DNA from: Candidatus Aenigmatarchaeota archaeon
GTDB lineage: Archaea; Aenigmatarchaeota; Aenigmatarchaeia; CG10238-14; SpSt-28
NCBI GenBank assembly: GCA_038733315.1
Contig: JAVYPJ010000001.1
Span: forward strand, 171,469 to 235,468
DNA length: 64,000 nucleotides
Direction of reading: 5' to 3'
The translations under genes and the position numbers were made by a program. Below, piece after piece: positions 18,597 to 26,467 of the stretch; within the stretch, counting starts at the first letter, position 1, and every line of letters starts with the position of its first letter. The notes under the pieces are model-generated. The model was given only the letters and a program-made list of their open reading frames with translations. It searched no databases and was not told the DNA's origin.

Positions 18597-19373
18597 TTAT
18601 AGGAAAGCCCCGTCGTCTAGCGGCCAAGGATGCCGGGCTTTGGTCAGCACCAAAGCTTTGAATAGAAATGAAAGAAACCCGGAGACCCCGGTTCGAATCC
18701 GGGCGGGGCTATTTTTTATCAATTTTTTAATTATTAAATAATAGTTATATTTATCTTCGATTATTTTAAATTCTTTGACTTTTAAAATCTCTAAATCTCT
18801 TTTAATTTCTCTTTTTGAATAGGTGTGGTAAAATCTTTTTAAGGTTTTTCCTCTGTACTTCCATTCCAAGAGTATATCCCCAAAACAAAAAAATCTTAAA
18901 AAACCAGGAATTAATCTAAATATAGTTAGTGATGAAACTCTCTTTAATACTGAAATAAGGCAGATGTTTTTAGATATCCTAATCATTTCATTCAACGCTT
19001 TGATTCTTTCTGCTCTTTTTTTAATATGATGAATAGTTGCAATACTAAATACGAAATCAAACGAGTGGTTTTTGAAAGGCAAATTCCTTGCGTCTGCTAT
19101 AATTAAGCATGCATTTAATTTCTTTCTTTTTAAATACTCTTTTGCATTTTTTATCATATTTTTTGAAAAATCTACACCAACTAAAAAGTTGTTGTTTTTA
19201 AATTCAGACAATTGTGTTGCCGTTCCGCAACCTATCTCTATTATTTTTTTGTTTCTTAAACTTCTAAACTTTTCTATAATTTTAAACTTTTGCCTTATAT
19301 TTACCCAACTATCCGCAACTTTTTCATAGAATTCCTTTACATATAATCTTTCGACTTCCATGGATATAAACAT
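18597..19373 (-). CDS. class I SAM-dependent methyltransferase, Trm9/ALKBH8-like (candidate tRNA U34 carboxymethyl methyltransferase); 3' end of the ORF runs antisense through the tRNA-Gln gene
   Basis: Motif I 'IIEIGCGTAT'. 'IIADARNLPFKNHSFDFVFSIATIHHIKKRAERIKAL' closely parallels the Trm9 'ADGLNLPHKNETFDFAISIAVVHHWSTRERR' block as recalled from memory. No in-frame stop before 18597, so the last 37 codons (NSPARIRTGVSG...) are the reverse complement of the tRNA. Confidence 0.5.
   Translation of the reverse strand: MFISMEVERLYVKEFYEKVADSWVNIRQKFKIIEKFRSLRNKKIIEIGCGTATQLSEFKNNNFLVGVDFSKNMIKNAKEYLKRKKLNACLIIADARNLPFKNHSFDFVFSIATIHHIKKRAERIKALNEMIRISKNICLISVLKRVSSLTIFRLIPGFLRFFCFGDILLEWKYRGKTLKRFYHTYSKREIKRDLEILKVKEFKIIEDKYNYYLIIKKLIKNSPARIRTGVSGFLSFLFKALVLTKARHPWPLDDGAFL
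18605..18710 (+). tRNA. tRNA-Gln (anticodon UUG) with a roughly 33-nt intron 3' of position 37
   Basis: Acceptor AGCCCCG/CGGGGCU with discriminator A. D-arm GTCT-AGCGGCCAA-GGAT. Anticodon stem CCGGG/CCCGG with loop CU-UUG-G. Intron 'TCAGCACCAAAGCTTTGAATAGAAATGAAAGAA', whose CCAAAG pairs with the CTTTGG of the anticodon region (BHB-type helix). T-arm CCCGG-TTCGAAT-CCGGG. No encoded CCA. Followed by a T6 run. Confidence 0.75.
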
Positions 19374-19454
19374 CAGTAACTCTTATTTTTTAACCTTATT
19401 GTTTATTACCGTTGAATAGTAAAAAATATATAACTCTTTTAACATAATAAATTT

Positions 19455-19634
19455 ATGGTAATGGAAAAAAATATAAGCGTAACTAAAGTTAAGAATGTTA
19501 GGAAGATGTATTTGAAGGAAATAGAAAAGGCAAAAATAGCTTTATTATCATCTAAAACACCAAGAGAAATTAGGGCTTTGCAGGCTAGGATTAAATATCT
19601 AGAAGATTTATTAAGAAAAACTTCAGAAGAATAA
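19455..19634 (+). CDS. small hypothetical protein (59 aa, predicted helical/coiled-coil, no Cys), between the Trm9-like gene and elp3
   Basis: Manual translation: MVMEKNISVTKVKNVRKMYLKEIEKAKIALLSSKTPREIRALQARIKYLEDLLRKTSEE. Below the ORF-track cutoff. No recognisable family. Confidence 0.25.
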   Translation: MVMEKNISVTKVKNVRKMYLKEIEKAKIALLSSKTPREIRALQARIKYLEDLLRKTSEE

Positions 19635-19645
19635 AGGATTATTTT

Positions 19646-21220
19646 ATGAAGAGTTCTATAGATATAGAATTTCCTATGGAATATTTGTTAGATTTGGTAA
19701 AAACAAAAAATAAAGATGAATTTGAAAAGAAAAAAATTTCCTTAGCAAAAAAGTATAATGTCCCAGTTTTAAAAACAACTGAATTATGTAAGATAATCAA
19801 AAACAAGCTCGGTATAGATATTTCGGAAAAAGTAAAGAGCAAAATTATAAGAGCAAGTAGTGGGGTTTTAATAATAACTTTAGCAACGAAACAGGATAAT
19901 TGTGGTGGTAGATGTATTTACTGCCCAAAATTTAGAGATATTCCTAAAAGTTATACACCAAATGAACCAGCGATACAAAGAGCAAAAAATAATAATTTTG
20001 ATCCATATCTTCAGATAAAGAATAGATTAACACACTACTCACTAATGGGTTTATTAGATAAAAACTCAAAAATAGAGATTATAATTCTTGGAACTTTCCT
20101 TAGCTTAGAAGATGAATATAAAAAATGGTTTATAAAAAGAATTTTTGATGCTTTAAATGAGGAAGATAGCGAATCTATAGAAGAGGCTCATAGGAAAAAC
20201 GAAAAAGCAAATTATAGATGCGTAGCTTTAACAATTGAAACTAGACCTAATATGTGTTTAGAGAAGCATGTAGATGAAATGTTATCTTATGGTGTTACGA
20301 GAGTTGAGATTGGAGTTCAAAGTGTTTATAACGATGTCTTAAGTTTTGTGAAAAGAGATCATACAATAGAGGATGTTAAAAAAGCAACAAAAATTGCGAG
20401 AAATGCGGCGTTAAAGATTACATATCATATAATGCCAAACTTACCAAAAAGCGATTTTGATAGGGATTTAGAAATGTTTAAAATATTGTTTGAAGATAAA
20501 GATTTAAGGCCAGATTATTTAAAGATATATCCTTTACAACTTTTTAAGAATACAGAGCTTTGGAAAATGTATGAGAATGGAGAATTTAGATTATACGAAT
20601 TTAGCGAATTGGTAGAGTTGCTGGCTATAGCGTTAAAATTCATTCCAAAATATGTAAGAATTCAAAGAATTGGAAGAGATTTACCAAAGAATGATATAGA
20701 TGCAGGGTATTCTTTAACAAATCTAAGAGAATATGTTGAGAAAAGAGCGAAAGAGTTGGGAATTTATTGTAAGTGTATAAGATGTAGGGAGGTCGGAATT
20801 AAAATTAAAAATAATTTAGAAATAGATTTTGATAGCATAGAATTAAAAAGAATAGATTATGAAGCTAATGATGGAAATGAAATCTTTCTATTTTTTGAGG
20901 ATAAATACGAGACTCTTTACGCATATCTAAGGTTAAGAATACCAGATAGCTCTCATAGAAAAGAAATAAATTCTAAATCTGCAGTAATAAGAGAATTAAA
21001 AGTTTTAGGATTGCATTTGCCTGTAGAATCTATACCAAAGGAATTTAATTTTCAGCATAGGGGTTTAGGAAAAAAATTAATGAAAGCAGCAGAAGAGGTG
21101 GCTTTAAACGAGTTTGATAGAAATAAAATGGTTGTAATAAGTGCTGTTGGTACTAGAGAATACTATAGAAAACTTGGTTATACTATTGATGGACCATATA
21201 TGAGTAAGTTATTGGTTTAA
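19646..21220 (+). CDS. elp3: Elongator subunit Elp3 homologue (radical-SAM plus GNAT; tRNA U34 cm5U synthase)
   Basis: Radical-SAM CxxxxCxxC 'DNCGGRCIYCP'. Radical-SAM core. C-terminal GNAT acetyl-CoA site 'QHRGLGKKLMKAAEEVA'. Length 524 aa as in archaeal Elp3. Confidence 0.85.
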   Translation: MKSSIDIEFPMEYLLDLVKTKNKDEFEKKKISLAKKYNVPVLKTTELCKIIKNKLGIDISEKVKSKIIRASSGVLIITLATKQDNCGGRCIYCPKFRDIPKSYTPNEPAIQRAKNNNFDPYLQIKNRLTHYSLMGLLDKNSKIEIIILGTFLSLEDEYKKWFIKRIFDALNEEDSESIEEAHRKNEKANYRCVALTIETRPNMCLEKHVDEMLSYGVTRVEIGVQSVYNDVLSFVKRDHTIEDVKKATKIARNAALKITYHIMPNLPKSDFDRDLEMFKILFEDKDLRPDYLKIYPLQLFKNTELWKMYENGEFRLYEFSELVELLAIALKFIPKYVRIQRIGRDLPKNDIDAGYSLTNLREYVEKRAKELGIYCKCIRCREVGIKIKNNLEIDFDSIELKRIDYEANDGNEIFLFFEDKYETLYAYLRLRIPDSSHRKEINSKSAVIRELKVLGLHLPVESIPKEFNFQHRGLGKKLMKAAEEVALNEFDRNKMVVISAVGTREYYRKLGYTIDGPYMSKLLV

Positions 21221-21252
21221 TTAGTTATATTTCTTAATAAGGAATACTTTTA

Positions 21253-21852
21253 ATGGGTAAATACATAGTAATAGAGGGTATAGATGGTGCTGGTAAAACC
21301 ACTATTTGTAATTTATTATCGAAGGATTTAGAAAACTCTTTTCTTATTAAAGAACCTTCTGACAGAGAAATAGGTAAGTTTATTAGATTTTTGTTAGAGA
21401 GTCAAAACGAAAATATGAGGAATCCGTTTATTTCTATGCTAATGTTTTTTTCAGATAGAATATCCATAAGAGAAAAAATAATTGAGCTAAGAAATTCTTA
21501 TAACTATATAATTTCAGACAGAAGTTTCTTATCAACTTATGCTTATCAGATTTCATTGATAGAAGATGAAAAGGAGAAAAAAATATTCTTGAACATATTT
21601 AGGGAACTTTTGAAATTAATAGAAATTCCGGATGTCATAGTAATTTTAGATGTTGATATTGATGTTGCGTTAGAAAGAATACGTAAAGATAACAGAACAA
21701 AATCTCTGTATGAAAATAGAGAATTTTTAAAAAAAGTTTCTGAAAACTATAGGAATTTAAAATTGGATTTAGATAATGTTTATTTAGTGGATGCAAATAG
21801 AGATATTAATGATGTTGAGAGAGATGTATTAAGTATTATTAAACAACTTTAA
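21253..21852 (+). CDS. tmk: thymidylate kinase
   Basis: P-loop 'IVIEGIDGAGKTT' and DRS/LID region 'ISDRSFLSTYAYQ', typical of Tmk. Confidence 0.75.
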   Translation: MGKYIVIEGIDGAGKTTICNLLSKDLENSFLIKEPSDREIGKFIRFLLESQNENMRNPFISMLMFFSDRISIREKIIELRNSYNYIISDRSFLSTYAYQISLIEDEKEKKIFLNIFRELLKLIEIPDVIVILDVDIDVALERIRKDNRTKSLYENREFLKKVSENYRNLKLDLDNVYLVDANRDINDVERDVLSIIKQL

Positions 21853-22933
21853 CTTCCACACCAAGCAATTCTTTTAAGCATACTTCAAAAAACCTTATGT
21901 TAATACCTTTATTTCCTAATACTATTGGTCTCTGCTCTTTTGTTGTATGAATATATAAATATGGACCTTTAAGTTCTATCTCTTTTAATTCTTTTGCTAA
22001 TTTACCAGCTGGGTGAAAAACTCTAAAATACTCTCTTAAATCTAAGGTTAGTTCTAAAATTCTTATAGTTAAATTTAATTTATTCTCTAGTGATTGAATT
22101 GTTTGACCGTGCTTTCCAATAATTTTTCCGGCTTGGTTTTCTTTAACTACTATAACTACATCTGGTGCAGATTTTAATTTTTGTGAATCAAAAAGTTTCT
22201 TAATTTTTCTTAGGTCTAAAACAGTTATTATATCTATATTATCAACCTCTTCTAAGATTAAGTCTAAAATTTCCTTTTCTTCTTTTTCCATTTCTCTTTT
22301 TCTTAATTTTGTTTCTAATAACAACTTTACTCCAATTTTAGCACCATTTCTAATTATATCATTTAAACCTAACTCAACTATTTGAGAATCTTTTTGGTTA
22401 GATAAAATTTCTCTCAAAATTTTTATCGTTTGATAATTTTCTGCTTGTAATAAAGCATCTCCAGCAATTATTAATCTTGAATTAGAGCCAACTCTCATTA
22501 ATATTTCAACTATTCTTTCTGGTTTAACTAATTGAACATCATCTATAAATATTATCGAATCATCAAAACTTCTTCCTATAAGAGATGAAAAATCTGCGAA
22601 AACGATTCTTTTTTGTTTTATGAACTCTTCTATTTCGTCCCACTCTATTTTTAAGTTATCGGCAATATCTTTAAGGTATTGTTTTATATTTTCAAAATAT
22701 AATTCTCCTAGTTCAGCAAGCGTAAACTCCTTTTTTGTTGATGGGTCTATAAAAGGCTTAACTATTATTAGTTTTTTTGTTTTTGTTTGCTTCAAAACTC
22801 TTAGAGCATAGTCTATAACAAAAAAAGTTTTGCCGCTTCCTGTAGGACCAAATATTGCTAAATAGATAATTCTTTCATTATTCAGAGCGTTATACAACTC
22901 TTTTTGGTTTTCTGTTAATGGTTTAATTGTCAT
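21839..22933 (-). CDS. PhoH-like ATPase fused to C-terminal KH domains
   Basis: PhoH N-terminus 'LTENQKELYNALNNERIIYLAIFGPTGSGKTFFVIDYAL'. 'LIIAGD' Walker B-like. C-terminal KH GxxG 'GKIIGKHGQTIQSLE' and a second KH-like 'LGNKGINIRFFEV'. Confidence 0.7.
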   Translation of the reverse strand: MTIKPLTENQKELYNALNNERIIYLAIFGPTGSGKTFFVIDYALRVLKQTKTKKLIIVKPFIDPSTKKEFTLAELGELYFENIKQYLKDIADNLKIEWDEIEEFIKQKRIVFADFSSLIGRSFDDSIIFIDDVQLVKPERIVEILMRVGSNSRLIIAGDALLQAENYQTIKILREILSNQKDSQIVELGLNDIIRNGAKIGVKLLLETKLRKREMEKEEKEILDLILEEVDNIDIITVLDLRKIKKLFDSQKLKSAPDVVIVVKENQAGKIIGKHGQTIQSLENKLNLTIRILELTLDLREYFRVFHPAGKLAKELKEIELKGPYLYIHTTKEQRPIVLGNKGINIRFFEVCLKELLGVEVKVV

Positions 22934-23040
22934 AATATATTTTTAATTAAAGTAATTTCATAGTAGATAGTAGAATATATAGGAGAAGTGCGTATTATTA
23001 TTATTGCAAATCTGAATAGTGATGATTTGCAAGTATTAAG

Positions 23041-23229
23041 ATGGGTAAGCCAGTAAAAGAAGGTCAAATAATAGATTTAGAAATAAAAGAAATTAGTAGA
23101 AGAGGTGATGGAATAGCGAGGGTCGATAATTTTGTTATTTTTGTTAAGGGAGCACAAACTGGAGAAAAAGTTAAAACAAAGATAGTTAAGGTTATGAATA
23201 GTTTTGCTATAGGGGTGGCTATTAGATAA
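23041..23229 (+). CDS. TRAM-domain protein (small OB-fold nucleic-acid binding)
   Basis: 'GQIIDLEIKEISRRGDGIARVDNFVIFVKGAQTGEKVKTKIVKV' matches the TRAM consensus (Y.V.IE.....GDGVAR..GFVVFV.GA.PGE.V.V.I.KV). Confidence 0.7.
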   Translation: MGKPVKEGQIIDLEIKEISRRGDGIARVDNFVIFVKGAQTGEKVKTKIVKVMNSFAIGVAIR

Positions 23230-23290
23230 GCCACCTATTTTTGTTTTTTTAAATAAAAAAGATTTAAATACTTTTTTAATAATAAACTTT

Positions 23291-24568
23291 ATGCCACAAA
23301 AACCACACTTAAATATAGTGATTGTAGGACATGTAGATCAAGGAAAATCAACACTAGCTGGTAGGTTATTCTATGAAACAGGAGCAATAAGAGACGATGA
23401 GCTAAGAAAACTAAGAGAAATGGCACAAGAATTTAAAATAGAGGGTGGAGAATTTGCTTACATTTTAGATAAAGAAATAGAAGAAAGAAAAAGAGGAATG
23501 ACAATAGATATAGCTCATAGGCCGTTCGAAACACAAAAATATTATTTTACTATAATAGATGCTCCAGGTCATAGAGATTTCGTTAAGAATATGATTACAG
23601 GAGCTTCTCAAGCCGACGCAGCAATTTTAGTTGTAAGCGCTAAGCCTGGTGAAGGAGTTCAGGCACAAACAAAGGAGCATGCATACTTAATAAGAGTATT
23701 GGGAATAAGTCAATTGATAGTTGTCATAACAAAAATGGATACCGTAAACTATGATGAAAAAGTTTTTAATAAATTAAAAGATGAGATAATAAACGGATTA
23801 TTAAGACCGCTTGGATTTCCAGTAGATAAAATACCAGTGATACCTATAAGTGCGCAGCTCGGTGAAAATATAACAAAGAGAAGTGAAAAAATGCCATGGT
23901 ATAGCGGACCTTGCTTGGTTGAATTATTAGATTCATTACAAGTTCCTCCGAGACCTGTAGATAAACCATTAAGAATTCCAATACAAGATGTTTTTAGCAT
24001 TACTGGAGTAGGTACAGTTCCCGTAGGAAGAGTAGAAAGCGGAAAATTAAAGCCTGGAGATACTGTAGTTTTTGAACCATCTGGTGTTAGAGGAGAAGTT
24101 AAATCCATAGAAATGCATCATCAGCAAATTCCAGAAGCTTTACCTGGAGATAACATTGGATTTAATGTTAGGGGCGTTTCAAAAAATGATATTAGAAGAG
24201 GAGACGTTGCTGGACATCCAAACAATCCACCTACAGTAGCTAAGGAGTTCATTGCTCAGGTAATTATATTAGAGCATCCGACGTCGATTGCTATTGGTTA
24301 TACTCCAGTATTCCATATTCACACAGCAACAATTTCAGGAAAAATAGTTGAAATAATTGCAAAGATAGATCCTAAAACTGGCCAAGAGGTTGAAAAAAAT
24401 CCACAGTTTATTAAAAAGGGAGATGCAGCAAGAATTAGAGTTCAGCCATTAAAACCAGTTGTAGTTGAGAAGTTTTCAGAATATCCGGCACTAGGAAGAT
24501 TTGCTATGAGAGATATGGGAATGACGGTTGGAGCAGGAATAGTTCTAGACGTTATAAAGGCCAAATAA
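23291..24568 (+). CDS. tuf: translation elongation factor 1-alpha
   Basis: G1 'GHVDQGKSTLAGRL'. G3 'DAPGHRDF'. G4 'NKMD' ('ITKMD'). Domains II and III conserved throughout. Confidence 0.95.
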   Translation: MPQKPHLNIVIVGHVDQGKSTLAGRLFYETGAIRDDELRKLREMAQEFKIEGGEFAYILDKEIEERKRGMTIDIAHRPFETQKYYFTIIDAPGHRDFVKNMITGASQADAAILVVSAKPGEGVQAQTKEHAYLIRVLGISQLIVVITKMDTVNYDEKVFNKLKDEIINGLLRPLGFPVDKIPVIPISAQLGENITKRSEKMPWYSGPCLVELLDSLQVPPRPVDKPLRIPIQDVFSITGVGTVPVGRVESGKLKPGDTVVFEPSGVRGEVKSIEMHHQQIPEALPGDNIGFNVRGVSKNDIRRGDVAGHPNNPPTVAKEFIAQVIILEHPTSIAIGYTPVFHIHTATISGKIVEIIAKIDPKTGQEVEKNPQFIKKGDAARIRVQPLKPVVVEKFSEYPALGRFAMRDMGMTVGAGIVLDVIKAK

Positions 24569-24585
24569 ACCCTTTTTTATTTTTT

Positions 24586-25278
24586 ATGTGGCTTAAAAGA
24601 TTAAATGCACCAAGATTTTGGAGGCAAAAACCCAAAGAAAATAAATACTCTGTAAATCCATCTTGTGGTCCACATCCTAAGGATTATTGCATACCCATAG
24701 CTATTATATTAAGAGATATACTCAATTACGCTGAAAATTTAAAAGAAGCAAAACAGATAGTAAAACAAAGAAAAGTTCTTGTCGATCAAAGAGTTATTAA
24801 GAATTATAGATTTCCATGTGGATTATTTGATGTAATTTCTTTTCCAGATATAAACGAGTTCTATAGGATTACAGTTAATAAGAGTGGATTATGTTTAATA
24901 AAGATTGAAAAGGATGAAGCTAATTTAAAGATAGTAAAGGTTATAAGGAAGACAAAGATATCTGATAAAAAATATCAGTTAACTTTTCATGATGGAAAAA
25001 ACATTGTTGTTGAGGAAAATGAAATTAAGCCACATGATAGTCTGTTAATAGATTTAGCTTCCTTTAAAATTCTAAAATACTTAAAATTCGAAGAAAATTC
25101 CTTAGCTCTTGTTTTTCGTGGAGAAAATTGTGGTAAGGTAGGTAAAATAATTAGTATAACTAAGGGAAGTTTTAATAGAAAATGGTTGGTTGAGTTAAAA
25201 ACCGAAGGAGAAAAAATATCAACAATAAGAGACTATGTTATTGTAGTTGGGGATGATAAAAGTTTAATATCGATATAA
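24586..25278 (+). CDS. rps4e: 30S ribosomal protein S4e
   Basis: 'LKRLNAPRFW....GPH' N-terminus and the following S4 and KOW regions match S4e (HLKRLAAPKHWML...GPH). Confidence 0.8.
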   Translation: MWLKRLNAPRFWRQKPKENKYSVNPSCGPHPKDYCIPIAIILRDILNYAENLKEAKQIVKQRKVLVDQRVIKNYRFPCGLFDVISFPDINEFYRITVNKSGLCLIKIEKDEANLKIVKVIRKTKISDKKYQLTFHDGKNIVVEENEIKPHDSLLIDLASFKILKYLKFEENSLALVFRGENCGKVGKIISITKGSFNRKWLVELKTEGEKISTIRDYVIVVGDDKSLISI

Positions 25279-25279
25279 T

Positions 25280-25777
25280 ATGGATGAAAACTCAATGAGA
25301 AATAAAATTTTCTTGGAAAAGGTTGTTATAAATTTTGGATGTGGTGGTGATTTAGAAAAGATTGAAAAATGTAAAAAATTATTGGAAAAGATGTTTCCGA
25401 ATAGAAAACCAGCAATAACATATTCTAAAAGAAGATCTACATTTGGAATTGCTAAGGGAAAACCCATAGGTGTTAGTATTACTTTAAGAGGGAAAGATGC
25501 TGAAGAGTTTGCAAAAAAAGTATTTAAAGTCTATGAAAATAAAATTCCTTCTAGTGTTTTCGATGATTACGGTAATTTCAGCTTAGGTGTTAAAAAATAT
25601 ATAGATTTAGGGGTAAGGTACGAGCATACCATAGGATTATTAGGTATGGATTGTTGCTTTTCTTTAAGGAGGCCAGGATATAAATTAAAAAACGGAAAAA
25701 TTAGTAGAAAACAAAGAGTTACTAAGGAAGAAGCTATAAAATTTTTAAGAGAAAAATTTAAAGTCGAGGTTATATAA
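25280..25777 (+). CDS. rpl5: 50S ribosomal protein L5 (uL5)
   Basis: 'EKVVINFGCGGDLEKIEKCKKLLEKMF.....ITYSKRRSTFGIAKGKPIGVSITLRGKDAEEF' matches uL5 (IEKVVLNIGVGE...KA..VLE.LTGQKP..T.AKK.I..FGIRKG.PIG..VTLRG..A.EF). Confidence 0.8.
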   Translation: MDENSMRNKIFLEKVVINFGCGGDLEKIEKCKKLLEKMFPNRKPAITYSKRRSTFGIAKGKPIGVSITLRGKDAEEFAKKVFKVYENKIPSSVFDDYGNFSLGVKKYIDLGVRYEHTIGLLGMDCCFSLRRPGYKLKNGKISRKQRVTKEEAIKFLREKFKVEVI

Positions 25778-25808
25778 GAGATTTAAAGGTTAACTAACAT
25801 TTTAAATT

Positions 25809-26009
25809 ATGTTCAGGGAAGAAGATATAATAAAAGAGGAAATAGCTGGTATAATAAACGCTTTTTTAATGGCAAAGATAAGGATAGAGGATAAAGAAGT
25901 TTTTGAAAGAATAGGTAAAAATCTAAATAGCGTAATAAGTAATGTTTTGGAAAAAGGATTTGTAGATGAAATAGATGCGCTAAGTATTTTTGGTTTTGTT
26001 GCATATTAA
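25809..26009 (+). CDS. hypothetical small protein (66 aa) inserted between rpl5 and rps14
   Basis: ORF only. No motifs. Confidence 0.2.
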   Translation: MFREEDIIKEEIAGIINAFLMAKIRIEDKEVFERIGKNLNSVISNVLEKGFVDEIDALSIFGFVAY

Positions 26010-26011
26010 TT

Positions 26012-26191
26012 ATGGACCCAGAGCTAAGAACACCATTTCCACCAAAAAAGAAGAGAGCTTGCGGAAGAGAAAGATTTAGATGTAGAAAGTGCAATTCAAA
26101 AAAAGGTATAATAAAAAAATATGGTATTTTATTGTGTAGAAAATGTTTTAGGGAAGAGGCTAAGAGAATAGGATTTATTAGGTTCAATTAA
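26012..26191 (+). CDS. rps14: 30S ribosomal protein S14 (type Z, zinc-binding); 59 aa, found by manual translation
   Basis: Translation: MDPELRTPFPPKKKRACGRERFRCRKCNSKKGIIKKYGILLCRKCFREEAKRIGFIRFN. CxxC...CxxC and the 'RKYGLNLCRQCFRE.A..IGF' signature of archaeal uS14. Confidence 0.8.
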   Translation: MDPELRTPFPPKKKRACGRERFRCRKCNSKKGIIKKYGILLCRKCFREEAKRIGFIRFN

Positions 26192-26445
26192 TCCTCTATT
26201 ATTACTTTTTTCATTAAAGCATAACCACTTAATCCCTCTCTAAATCTTACCAAGACTTTCCCTTTATTACCAAAAACTTTCGTTATTTTACCTATTTTTT
26301 TCTTTTTGTTTATTGTTAGTATAACTTTTTTGCCAATTAATTTTGCAGCGTCTTTTCTGTTGCTTATTCCATCTATTTCTAAAATTACTTGATTCGAATT
26401 CTTATTGTGGTTGCTTAACCTAAAATTCGTTATTACACCTTCCAT
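26188..26445 (-). CDS. rpl35ae: 50S ribosomal protein L35Ae; start moved to the internal Met (MEGVITNFRLS)
   Basis: 'GVITNFRLSNHNKNSNQVILEIDGISNRKDAAKLIGKKVIL...GKITKVFGNKGKVLVRFREGLSGYALMKKV' matches L35Ae (G.V..YRRSK.NQ..N...I...V....EA..LIG..V......G...G.I...HG..G.VRARF..GLPG.A). Confidence 0.7.
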   Translation of the reverse strand: MEGVITNFRLSNHNKNSNQVILEIDGISNRKDAAKLIGKKVILTINKKKKIGKITKVFGNKGKVLVRFREGLSGYALMKKVIIED

Positions 26446-26467
26446 AAATTTAAAAAATATAAAATTT

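Noticed and set aside
18597-18710. C-terminal 37 residues of the methyltransferase ORF (NSPARIRTGVSGFLSFLFKALVLTKARHPWPLDDGAFL) as a real protein domain
   Set aside because: This stretch is simply the reverse complement of the tRNA-Gln gene. It is retained in the CDS call only because no in-frame stop occurs earlier. It is not evidence of a functional domain.
25813-26187. 124-aa minus-strand ORF from the track
   Set aside because: It lies antisense to the region encoding the clearly recognisable S14 (CxxC...CxxC) and the small plus-strand ORF. Low-complexity L/F-rich translation typical of a shadow ORF in AT-rich DNA.
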